DNA of 64,000 bases from Alphaproteobacteria bacterium. Its GTDB lineage: Bacteria > Pseudomonadota > Alphaproteobacteria > UBA828. Positions 12,271-21,088 of the stretch are shown here, piece by piece. The notes beneath the pieces are model-generated. The model saw only the letters and a list, made by a program, of their open reading frames with translations, had not been told where the DNA came from and did not search any database. A program made the translations under genes and the position numbers. The number at the start of each line of letters is the position of its first letter. Position 1 is the stretch's first letter. The DNA is taken from NCBI GenBank assembly GCA_965237415.1, contig CBDEFM010000002.1, positions 2,976,001 to 3,040,000 on the forward strand, read 5' to 3'.

Positions 12271-14033
12271 GGTTTCGCGCCGCACTCGGCTTCCATCGTG
12301 GCGAGCAGGTCGTCGATCGAGCCCGGCGTGCGAATGCCGAGATTGCCGAGATCCTGGCGCACATCGACCGGAACGTCGGAGCCTTCGATATCCTCGTTCA
12401 GCACGCCGCCCATGAAGACGAGCGCATCCAGCCGCGCGGCTCGCATCTCGTCGATCAGCTTGGTTCCGTAGCTGCGGGCGACGCCGTTGTGCGTCGTTAT
12501 GACGACGGCGTCGGCGGCGGTCTCGACCGCGACCTTCACGATGTCTTCGGGATCGCGATTGATGCCGCAATCGATGACGTTGCTTCCGGCGGCATCGAGG
12601 GTGGAAGTGAGCAGGAACTTCGCGAACTCATGGACGTCGGTGGAGGCAACCACGACGGTCTTCGCCTTCAACCCATCGGCCGGGCCGCGCGCGGCGAGGC
12701 CGGCGAGAAGCGCCTCCCGCTGCTTCATGGTCTCGCGGACCAGATCGGTCTCCAGGATCGGGCTGCGGCCACGCAGATACGAGTCATCGCGCGCGCCGGC
12801 GCCGAACAGCGCCTCGCAGGTCTCAGGCCCGAGCCGCTTGAGCAGGAGCAGAACGGGCGCGGGATCCTGCACGTCGACGCCCATCTCCGCCATGGCATCC
12901 AGCGCGTTCCGGAAGAAGCGCTTTCCGCCTGCCACAAGCTGATCGCGGAGCGCCTCGATCTTGCCCCAGTCCACATAGGGCTCCATCATCGGCAGGTAGT
13001 CTTCGCACTTGCGGCTCACCGTCTGGACGGTGGCGACCTCCTGCCAGGTGGGAATGCGCTCGACCTCGGTCACCGGCACGGCGATGGGCGCGCCGCCCAG
13101 CCGGTAACGCAGGTCCGTCATCTTCATCATCAGGTCGTTGACGAGAACGGCCATGTTGCTGTCGAAATCGCGCGAATACCCGATCGTGTCGCCCTGAATG
13201 AACGAGGTCGGCACGCGGTTCGGGTTCACCGCGTCCAGCGCGAGCGTCACCGCCGACTTGATGATCGGGTTCTGCGTGAGACCGCCCCAGGAGCTCGAAT
13301 AGGCGGCGCCGATCAAATCTTCGGCGACGTAGCGCTCCAGCATCGCCCAGCCGACGTAGCTCGCGTAGTCGTGGAAGACGCCGGGATAGCCGTCCTCCAG
13401 ATAGGAATCGAACACGACCCCCTGGTCGCGGAGCGATGCCAGCACGCCGCCCGCCTTGAGCACCGCCATCAGTTGCGCCGTCTCGTCGTCCCAGTAGGGC
13501 CAGCGCCAGGAATACTGGCTGAGCACCCCGATGCAGGTGATGCCGACCTGGAGCACGTTCACCACATTGTCGACCGAGCCCGGCCCGCCGATCATGTTGT
13601 CGGCCGCCTCCGGCTGGATCGGCACGGTGTGGGTCATCTCCCACCAGTGCCGATCGGTCCAGAGAACGGGGCCCGTCTCCTGCGGGGCCTGGGCGCGAAG
13701 CTCCTTCGGCAACCCCATGCGCCGCTCGGCGAGCAGGTTGAAGCGGTCCGGCGGGCGCACGCCGCGCGAGAGCGCGTCTTCGTAAATAAGGCCCATGGCC
13801 TCTCGGGTGTCGTCCCACGTGGCGAGGCCGATATTCATGCAGGTGCACGGGATGCCCTCAGCCCGCGCCTTCTCGCGCCACTCGCGCTCTGAGCCCACGC
13901 CTTTCTCTTCGCAATAGAGCGAGGTCGAGCGCTCGATGGTCGGCCCCAACGCACGGCCTTCCGCGACCGCCTCGCGGCCGTCCGGCAGATCGGCGGGGAT
14001 CAATGCGGCAAGATCGATCGCTTCCAGTGACAC
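12267..14033 (-). CDS. Cobalamin-dependent mutase-like protein: N-terminal catalytic domain fused to C-terminal B12-binding domain
   Basis: C-terminal VVVASTDVHEFAK (DxH), VIDCG, PEDIV, VFMGG Rossmann B12-binding pattern; VPVTEVERIPTWQE resembles the GlmE C-terminal motif; coupled to glmL. Confidence 0.75.
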   Translation of the reverse strand: MSLEAIDLAALIPADLPDGREAVAEGRALGPTIERSTSLYCEEKGVGSEREWREKARAEGIPCTCMNIGLATWDDTREAMGLIYEDALSRGVRPPDRFNLLAERRMGLPKELRAQAPQETGPVLWTDRHWWEMTHTVPIQPEAADNMIGGPGSVDNVVNVLQVGITCIGVLSQYSWRWPYWDDETAQLMAVLKAGGVLASLRDQGVVFDSYLEDGYPGVFHDYASYVGWAMLERYVAEDLIGAAYSSSWGGLTQNPIIKSAVTLALDAVNPNRVPTSFIQGDTIGYSRDFDSNMAVLVNDLMMKMTDLRYRLGGAPIAVPVTEVERIPTWQEVATVQTVSRKCEDYLPMMEPYVDWGKIEALRDQLVAGGKRFFRNALDAMAEMGVDVQDPAPVLLLLKRLGPETCEALFGAGARDDSYLRGRSPILETDLVRETMKQREALLAGLAARGPADGLKAKTVVVASTDVHEFAKFLLTSTLDAAGSNVIDCGINRDPEDIVKVAVETAADAVVITTHNGVARSYGTKLIDEMRAARLDALVFMGGVLNEDIEGSDVPVDVRQDLGNLGIRTPGSIDDLLATMEAECGAKP

Positions 14034-14044
14034 TGCTGCTCTCC

Positions 14045-14848
14045 CTAACCCGCCAGTGTCCAGCCGCCGTCGGCGAGCACCATCTGGCCGGTGATGTAGC
14101 CGGCACCGTCCGAGGCGAGGAAGAGCACGGTCTCCGCGATCTCCTGCGGCATACCCATGCGCTTCAGCTGGGTCATGTTGACGGCTTCCTCGATATGCTC
14201 GGCTGGGATGCCCCAGTCGGCATCCCAGTTGGCCTGGATCGGCCCCGGCGAGACGGCGTTGACCCGGATGCGCGGTGCTAGGTCGCGCGCGAGCGAGGCG
14301 GTGAAGCCGCGCACCGCGCCCTTGGCCGCGCAGTAGGAGACGGCGACGGAGTTCACCATGTTCTCCTGGTTCACGCCGTTGCCGTACGAGCCCGCGAAAT
14401 TGACGATGGCGCCGCTGCCGCGCGCCTCCATGTGCGGCACGACGGCGCGGCACATGAGGAACGTGCCTTTCACATCCACCGCGAAGAGCGCATCCCAGGC
14501 CTCAGGCTCGGTGTCGGCAAAGCGGACGGCGTCCGCCGCGTCGATCCGGCCCGCCGCGTTGATCAGCACGTCGATGCCGCCGTAGCGCGCCACCGCGTCG
14601 TCGACGAAGGCCTGCACCGAGCGCTCATCGGTAATGTCGAGAGGGGCGGCGTAAGCCGTGCCGCCGCCGGCCGCGATCTCGTCGACGGCCTGGGCGGCCG
14701 CATCGGCGCCACTGCGATAGGCCAGCGCCACGCTCGCCCCCTCACGGGCCAGCGCGCGGGCAGAGGCGCCGCCCAGCGCTCCGCTCGCACCGGTCACGAT
14801 GGCGACCCGCCCTTCGAATCTGCGGCCGTCGTTCCAGCGACTAGCCAC
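14045..14848 (-). CDS. Short-chain dehydrogenase/reductase
   Basis: TGASGALG, NAAG, YCAAK, RVNAVSPG, YITGQ..ADGG. Confidence 0.9.
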   Translation of the reverse strand: MASRWNDGRRFEGRVAIVTGASGALGGASARALAREGASVALAYRSGADAAAQAVDEIAAGGGTAYAAPLDITDERSVQAFVDDAVARYGGIDVLINAAGRIDAADAVRFADTEPEAWDALFAVDVKGTFLMCRAVVPHMEARGSGAIVNFAGSYGNGVNQENMVNSVAVSYCAAKGAVRGFTASLARDLAPRIRVNAVSPGPIQANWDADWGIPAEHIEEAVNMTQLKRMGMPQEIAETVLFLASDGAGYITGQMVLADGGWTLAG

Positions 14849-14985
14849 GGAGCCTCCCCATGCCGGCTGCGTTTGGCGGAAGTGTAGAGGCCGCCGCCTG
14901 ACCCGTGAACGGCACCCCGGCCCGAATTCAGGCCGCGCCCGTTCTGGCGTATGCTCCGCCTGCCCACGAAACGATGCGGCGCGCG

Positions 14986-16698
14986 ATGGCTGCCATCCTC
15001 GAAATCCAAAACGTCACGAAGACGTTCCGCGGCGGCGTGCGCGCCGTGGACGATGTGACGCTCGCCGTCGAGGAAGGCGAGTTCCTGACCGTCCTCGGGC
15101 CCTCCGGCTGCGGCAAGACGACGACGCTCCGCATGGTGGGCGGCTTCGAGTTTCCCGATGCGGGCCGCATCGTGCTCGACGGGCGCGACGTGACCGACCT
15201 TCCGCCTTATCGGCGACCGGTCAACATGATGTTTCAGGACTTCGCGCTCTTCCCGCATCTCACGGTCGCGCAGAACATCGGCTACGGCCTCACCATCGCC
15301 GGCATGAAGCGGCGCGAGGCGGCGCGCGAGGTGGAGGACGCGCTCCACACGATCGAGCTGCTCGACAAGGCCGACCGCAGGCCGGCGGAGCTCTCCATCG
15401 GCCAGAAGCAGCGCGTGGCGCTCGCCCGTGCCCTAATCCGGCGACCGAAGATCCTGCTGCTCGACGAGCCGTTGTCGGCGCTCGACGCCAAGCTCCGTGA
15501 ATCGATGCAGCTGGAGTTGAAGCGCCTGCACGACCAGATCGGCCTTACTTTCATGATGGTCACCCACGACCAGACCGAGGCGCTGGTGATGTCCGACCGC
15601 ATCGTGGTGATGGATGCCGGCCGCATCGTGCAGGCGGGATCGCCGACCGACCTCTACGACCGGCCCGAGACGCCCTATGTCGCGAACTTTCTGGGCACCT
15701 CCAACATGGTCGCAGGCATCGTGACCGGGATGGCAGACGGCACCCTGCAGGTGAGCTGCGGCACAGCCGATATCCGCGTCGCGCTCCAGGGTGCCGCGCC
15801 GGCGGTGGGCGCCCGGGTCACGCTCTCGATCCGGCCCGAGAAGGTAGCGCTCGGCGACGGGCGCGCGCTTCCGGCCGGTTTCAACAGCCTCTCCGGCCAG
15901 CTTCGCGATGTCTTCTTCCACGGCGATTCGGTCAGGCTCGCCATCGATATCGGGGCCGAGCGGCTGCTCATCGTGCGCCGCCAGCTCGAGACCGGGCTGC
16001 ATCAGATGCCGCTGCCGCCGGTGCCCTTCGGCGATTGGACGCTGCAGTGGTACGTCAAGGCCTTCACCAACCCGCAGCTGCTGGCGGCGGTGGGGAACAG
16101 CCTGATCGTGGCGGTCTGCGCGCTCGCGATCTGCCTCGTGATCGGCATTCCGACGGCACTGGCGCTGAGCCGCTACGACTTCCCCGGCAAGACCGTGTTC
16201 CGCCGCCTCGTGATCCTTCCGATCACACTGCCGGGCATCATCACGGGCGTCTCGATGCTGAGCTTCTTCTCGCAGCTCGGCATCGAGCTGAGTCTCACCA
16301 CGGTGATCGTCGGCCACGGCACTGCCTTCGCCGCCATTGTCATCACCAGCGTCTATGCCAGGCTCGAACGCTTCGACCGGCGCATCATCGAGGCCTCGGC
16401 CGACCTCGGCGTGACCCCGCTCAGGACGTTCTGGAAGGTCACGCTGCCCAACATCCGGACCTCCATCATCGGCTCCTCGCTGCTGGTCTTCACGCTCTCC
16501 TTCGACGAGATACCGGTGACCTTCTTCCTCACCGGCCGCGACAACACGCTGCCGATGTACATCTGGTCCGCCATTCGCCGCGGTATCACACCGGAGATCA
16601 ACGCCATCGGCACGGTGATCATCGCCGTCTCGATCATCCTGATCGTGGTCTCGACCGTGATCCTGATCCAGCCGGCAGAGAGGCGGCGGGAGCGGTAG
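14986..16698 (+). CDS. In-frame fusion of a PotA-type ABC ATPase and an N-truncated PotC-type permease (PotB-type gene absent)
   Basis: GPSGCGKT, LLDEPLSALD and TOBE region run straight into WTLQWY...EASADLG...SFDE...TLPMYIW permease; junction near 16015-16025. Confidence 0.8.
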   Translation: MAAILEIQNVTKTFRGGVRAVDDVTLAVEEGEFLTVLGPSGCGKTTTLRMVGGFEFPDAGRIVLDGRDVTDLPPYRRPVNMMFQDFALFPHLTVAQNIGYGLTIAGMKRREAAREVEDALHTIELLDKADRRPAELSIGQKQRVALARALIRRPKILLLDEPLSALDAKLRESMQLELKRLHDQIGLTFMMVTHDQTEALVMSDRIVVMDAGRIVQAGSPTDLYDRPETPYVANFLGTSNMVAGIVTGMADGTLQVSCGTADIRVALQGAAPAVGARVTLSIRPEKVALGDGRALPAGFNSLSGQLRDVFFHGDSVRLAIDIGAERLLIVRRQLETGLHQMPLPPVPFGDWTLQWYVKAFTNPQLLAAVGNSLIVAVCALAICLVIGIPTALALSRYDFPGKTVFRRLVILPITLPGIITGVSMLSFFSQLGIELSLTTVIVGHGTAFAAIVITSVYARLERFDRRIIEASADLGVTPLRTFWKVTLPNIRTSIIGSSLLVFTLSFDEIPVTFFLTGRDNTLPMYIWSAIRRGITPEINAIGTVIIAVSIILIVVSTVILIQPAERRRER

Positions 16699-16712
16699 CG
16701 CCCCGCTCCCGC
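16686..16712. terminator. Hairpin between convergent genes
   Basis: gcgggagcgg-N7-ccgctcccgc, 10-bp stem. Confidence 0.5.
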
Positions 16713-16717
16713 AGCGT

Positions 16718-16972
16718 CTACGGCAAGCGGTCCTCGGGGTCCGGCGGCTCGCCGCCGTCCCTGCGCAGCAGGCAGCGGGCCGCCTCGATGTCGGCTTCGG
16801 CGCTTCGCGCGGCGAAGAATTCGGCCGTCCTCATGGCGGAAACCTTCTCGGCGACAGCCGTCGCCACGAACTGGTTGATGCTCGTGCCGTCTTCCCGGGC
16901 GATCTGCGCGGCGGCCTCCTTTAGCGACTTGGGCAGCCGCAGCGGATAGGTGCTGGTCTCCTTCTTCACCAT
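16718..16972 (-). CDS. RHH/HicB-like antitoxin
   Basis: YPLRLPKSLKEAA..IAREDGTSINQFVATAVAEK ribbon-helix-helix; overlaps the PIN gene. Confidence 0.8.
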   Translation of the reverse strand: MVKKETSTYPLRLPKSLKEAAAQIAREDGTSINQFVATAVAEKVSAMRTAEFFAARSAEADIEAARCLLRRDGGEPPDPEDRLP

Positions 16973-17388
16973 GCGAGCCTCCTCAATGCCTCCTGGGGCG
17001 ATTGCAGCGCCACCCCGAATTGCGCCGGTGCGTCCCCAAAATCCCGCCGGTTGAACGTCACCAGAGCGTCGGCCCTGCCGTTCACGGCGGCTTCGAGGAC
17101 CATCTCGTCGGCGGGGTCGCGGAGCTGGGGGCGCCACAAATACCGCGCATGAACCGGTTCGCACACCGCACAAAGCGCCGAGACGATGGTCGATACCTCC
17201 TCATCGCTCAATCCCGACACGATCCGCTGCGCAGGATCGCGGCAGATCGCCTCGTATTCCAACGCCAGGGCCACGGACAGCAGGAGCGTGAACCTTTCAC
17301 TCAAGGCATGGTCGATCAGCGCTGCGGAGGCGCCGCTCGGGCTGCGCAGACCGGCGACCACGACGTTGGTGTCCAACACAAATCGCAT
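16966..17388 (-). CDS. PIN-domain toxin (VapC-like)
   Basis: VLDTNVVV, LEYE, LRDPADEMVLEAA, LVTFNRRDF. Confidence 0.88.
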   Translation of the reverse strand: MRFVLDTNVVVAGLRSPSGASAALIDHALSERFTLLLSVALALEYEAICRDPAQRIVSGLSDEEVSTIVSALCAVCEPVHARYLWRPQLRDPADEMVLEAAVNGRADALVTFNRRDFGDAPAQFGVALQSPQEALRRLAW

Positions 17389-17420
17389 CGTATATGATAT
17401 GATATTGTATGCGATGTCAA
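17389..17420 (-). promoter_or_regulatory. AT-rich promoter for the PIN TA operon, probably leaderless
   Basis: TTGACA then tcgcatacaatatcatatcatatacg then ATG; no RBS; -10 spacing is not canonical. Confidence 0.45.
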
Positions 17421-17429
17421 CAAGTGATT

Positions 17430-18311
17430 TTAGGAGCGCTTGACCCGCTCTCCCTGTACCGCCGCAGCCTGCCCTTCCGGGATCAGGTCGCGCGCGCCGG
17501 CGCTCTGGTCCTCGTAGCCGCGCAGGAGCTCGATCGGGTCCTGCAGGTCGTGCCAGCCCAGGAAGGGCTCGTGCACGGCGTAGCCGATGAGCCGCTGCAG
17601 CGCCTCGGGCAGGGTTCGCGCGATGTCCGGCGGCACCGCGAGGTACTGGTTCTGCTCCTGCCGCAGCCAGCCGAGGCAGTAGCCGTAGAGGAGGCCGATG
17701 CGCACATCCTCGGCGCGGTTGGCCCCGCCCGCGTGATAGGCGGAGCCCAGGATGTAGACGGCCGAGCCACGCGGCATCGCGGCCGGCAAGGCCTCCGCCA
17801 GCGTCGGCTTGCGCTCGTCGTCCCAGCGATGGCTGCCCGGCACGACCAGCGTCGCCCCATTCGCCGCGGTGAAATCCGTAAGCGCCCAGATGACCGTGAC
17901 AACGCTCTGCCGCTCGCTCGGATGGGCGAGGGGATAGACCAGATCGTCCCGATGCAGCTCCTGCCGCGTCTCCTCCGGACCGATGGCGATGGCCGCAGCG
18001 GAAGAAAGCTGATAGCGGGCACAATAGGGTCCGAGCACCGCATCGTTGAGGGCTTCGATCGCCGGATGGAGGGCGAGCGCGCCCGCGGTGGGGGAATTGA
18101 CCAGGACCGTGTGCGTGCGCCTGGTCTTGTGGCCCACGAACTCGCCGGTCCCGGTGGGCGTGCGTGCGATGTCCGGTGCCAGGTCGGTGGCGACGGCGTC
18201 CACGGTCGCCGCGTCGGCGAGGTTCTCCAGGATCACGCACCCGTCCCGCGCGAGAACCTCCAGAATCTCGTCCGTCGGCGTCCTTCGGGGCAGCGAGACG
18301 AGGGCGCTCAT
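17430..18311 (-). CDS. Phytanoyl-CoA dioxygenase (PhyH) family Fe(II)/2OG dioxygenase
   Basis: QELHRDD (HxD), WALTDFTAANGATLVVPGSH, YHAGGAN, WLRQEQNQYL. Confidence 0.9.
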   Translation of the reverse strand: MSALVSLPRRTPTDEILEVLARDGCVILENLADAATVDAVATDLAPDIARTPTGTGEFVGHKTRRTHTVLVNSPTAGALALHPAIEALNDAVLGPYCARYQLSSAAAIAIGPEETRQELHRDDLVYPLAHPSERQSVVTVIWALTDFTAANGATLVVPGSHRWDDERKPTLAEALPAAMPRGSAVYILGSAYHAGGANRAEDVRIGLLYGYCLGWLRQEQNQYLAVPPDIARTLPEALQRLIGYAVHEPFLGWHDLQDPIELLRGYEDQSAGARDLIPEGQAAAVQGERVKRS

Positions 18312-18516
18312 CCGCGTTTGCTCAAAAGATACGGAGCACCGCGTCGCCCACAACCTGCGACACGGTGCTCCGGTCCATGCTTGCCGCCAATTTTGTCGCT
18401 CACGGCAGCCGGCCTGCGGCCGGCGCCTCCGCGAGGGCGCCGCGGAAGCGGCGGGCCGCGGTCGCGGCCTGTCGCGAGTCCGTCAAAGACGGACTCGCTC
18501 TAGGCGGCAGCGACAG

Positions 18517-19491
18517 CTATTCGGCTGCCAAAATCTCGTTCCAGGTCTCGACATACTTGCCGATGCGTGGCGGCAGCTTCCAGAAGTCGAGCCCCTCGGC
18601 GTAGTCGAGGTCGTCGAGGTGGAGGTCGCGCTTCACCTCGTCGGTCAGGCACTCCTGCACGGCGGCCGGGTTCGCGGCGGAGTAGCCGGCGACCCGCACC
18701 ATGCCGCACTGGCCGTCGGGACCTGAGATGAAGTTGATCCACTGATACGCGCAGTCGACGTTCTCGCTGCCCTTTACGATGTTCCAGACGTCCTGCCAGC
18801 CGTCGGCCTTCTCCACCGGCAGCAGCTCGGCGACGGGAATATCCATCTTCTTCAGCTCGCTCACCTGGTAGCCGCCCCAGGTTTCGGAGACCCAGATCTC
18901 GCCGTTGGCGTAGAGCTCGATCAGCTCGCCGGCCGAAGACCAGTACTTCCGCACCAGCGGCTTCTGCTCGATCATCTTCTGCTTGACCGCGTCGAGCTGC
19001 TCGTCGGTCATATCGTAGACGTCGAAGTCGGCGCCATACATGAGGCGGGCGGTCAGGTACATGCTGCTCTTGACGTTCTGGATGCCGATCTTGCCCTCGT
19101 ATTGCGGGTCGAACAGCACCGCAGCCGAGGTCGGCGGGGTATCGAACTTGTCGGTGCGGTACATGAGCGGGATCGAGCCCCAAGCCATCGGCATGGACCA
19201 GACTTGGCCGTCAGACTGCACACCCGGATGATCGCGGAAGGAGGCATAGATCTCGTCGAAGTGCTCGAGGCGGGCCGGGTCGAGGGGCTCGAGCACGCCC
19301 ATGCCGACCATCAGCTGGGCATTGTCGACCGCCGGCGAGATGAGGTCGTAGCCGCCGCCGCCCGCCGCCATCTTCGCGGTGATCTCGTCGTTGGAACCGA
19401 CGTAGGTGGGCACCAAGGTGCATCCCGTCTGCTCGGTGAAGACCTCGATCCCGCTCGGGTCGGTATAGCCCTCCCAGGTCAGCGCGCGCAG
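18517..19491 (-). pseudogene. PotD/PotF-type substrate-binding protein lacking start codon and signal peptide
   Basis: Frame reads stop-LRALTWEGYTDP...YDLISP...PMAWG; the mature-protein N-terminus abuts the racemase 3' end. Confidence 0.7.
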
Positions 19492-20147
19492 CTAGGTCCC
19501 CGGCTGCGGAGCATGGCGAGCGCCATGCCGACCGCGGCCTGCGAGGGGTCGATGACGGGGCAGCCGAGGTGCGCCTCGAGCGGCGCCCGGTAGCGCGCCA
19601 TGCCGGCGCAGCCGAGGACGATCACGTCCGCGCCGTCCTCGTCCTGCAGCCGCTCCGCCGCTTCGGTCATGCGGGCTGCGACGATGTGCTCCTCTGCAAG
19701 CTCCGTGACCCCGAGGCCGATGGCGCGCTCGCCGGCCATGCGGTCGCTCAAGCCGAGCGAGGCGACGTAACGCCGGTGACGCGGGATCGACGTTTCAAGG
19801 ATGGCGACGATGCCGAAGCGCTCGCCACGGGCGAGCGCCGCCAACATGCCGCATTGGGCGATGCCGAAGACCGGCGCGCGCGTCGCCTCCCGCGCCGCGT
19901 GAAGGCCGGGGTCGGAGAAGCAGGCGACGACGAAGGCATCCGCCTGCTCCCGCTCGATCGCACGGCAGAGCGGCGCCACCACCTCGTCCACATGGCGTTG
20001 GGTCTCGATGCCGGGCGGGCCCTCCTTGAGCGTCATGCAGTCGATGACGGGCCCGCCGTCGAAGCGAAAGCCCTTGAGCGCGCGGGCGATATCGTCCGTT
20101 ACCGTGCTGCTGCTGTTCGGGTTGATGACGAGAATGCGGGCGCTCAC
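19479..20147 (-). CDS. Asp/Glu/hydantoin racemase family protein
   Basis: ILVINPNSS, ACFSDPG, VIVLGCAGM (two catalytic Cys), PVIDP. Confidence 0.9.
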   Translation of the reverse strand: MSARILVINPNSSSTVTDDIARALKGFRFDGGPVIDCMTLKEGPPGIETQRHVDEVVAPLCRAIEREQADAFVVACFSDPGLHAAREATRAPVFGIAQCGMLAALARGERFGIVAILETSIPRHRRYVASLGLSDRMAGERAIGLGVTELAEEHIVAARMTEAAERLQDEDGADVIVLGCAGMARYRAPLEAHLGCPVIDPSQAAVGMALAMLRSRGPSCAR

Positions 20148-21088
20148 GGCGCCTTCCCGCGTGGCGGCACGAGGCCCGTGGTCTCGACGATCAGGCCGTA
20201 ATGCTCGGTGCGCCGGTGGGCCCCGAAGTCGAAGGTGCTCGACTTGAGGAAGGCGCCGTCGTCGAGGTCGCAGGCGGCGGCGACGACCTCGTCATCGACC
20301 GAGCGGGCCTGCGCCACGATCTCGCCGTTGGGCGAGACGATCGCGCTGCCGCCCAGCATGTCGACGCCTTCCTCCCGCCCGGCCTTGGCGACGCCGACCA
20401 CCCAGGTCCCGTTCTGATAGGCGCCGGCCTGCATGGAGAGGTGGTTGTGGAAGGCCCGCCGGTGCGGCGGCTCGAAGGCGAGGCCGTTGAGCGCGGGCGT
20501 GTTGTAGCCGATCAGCACCAGCTCCACGCCTTGCAGGCCGAGCACGCGGAAGGCCTCGGGCCAGCGCCGGTCGTTGCAGATCAGCATGCCGACGCGGCCG
20601 CCGAGCGCCTCCCACACCGGGAAGCCGAGGTTGCCCACCTCGAAATAGCGCTTCTCCAGGTGCTGGAACTCGCGCTCGGCCTCATGCTCGGCGTGGCCGG
20701 GCAGGTGGACCTTGCGATACTTGCCGACGATCGCACCCGCATTGTCGACCAGGATGGCCGTGTTGAAGCGGCGGGGTTTCCCGCCCTCCCGTGCAAGCTC
20801 CGCGTAGCCGAGGTGAAAGGCGATCCCGAGGGAGGCGGCCTCCTCGAAGAGCGACCGGGTCTCGGGGCCGGGCATCTCCGCCTCGAAGAACGCATCCACC
20901 TCGGCATCGCCCAGCAGCCAGCGCGGGAAGAACGTGGTCAGCGCGAGCTCCGGATAGACCACGAGGTCGGCGCCGCGCGCTGCCGCCTCGCGCATCAGGC
21001 GGGTCATGCGCTGGACCACATTCGCACGCGGCTCGTCGCGGGCGATGGGGCCGAGCTGGGCGGCTGCGACGGTGACGATCCGGCTCAT
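20144..21088 (-). CDS. N-carbamoyl-D-amino acid hydrolase (D-carbamoylase)
   Basis: AAAQLGPI, PELALTTFFPRW, KYRKVHLPGH, QHLEKRYF, ICNDRRWPE (E-K-C triad). Confidence 0.92.
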   Translation of the reverse strand: MSRIVTVAAAQLGPIARDEPRANVVQRMTRLMREAAARGADLVVYPELALTTFFPRWLLGDAEVDAFFEAEMPGPETRSLFEEAASLGIAFHLGYAELAREGGKPRRFNTAILVDNAGAIVGKYRKVHLPGHAEHEAEREFQHLEKRYFEVGNLGFPVWEALGGRVGMLICNDRRWPEAFRVLGLQGVELVLIGYNTPALNGLAFEPPHRRAFHNHLSMQAGAYQNGTWVVGVAKAGREEGVDMLGGSAIVSPNGEIVAQARSVDDEVVAAACDLDDGAFLKSSTFDFGAHRRTEHYGLIVETTGLVPPRGKAP

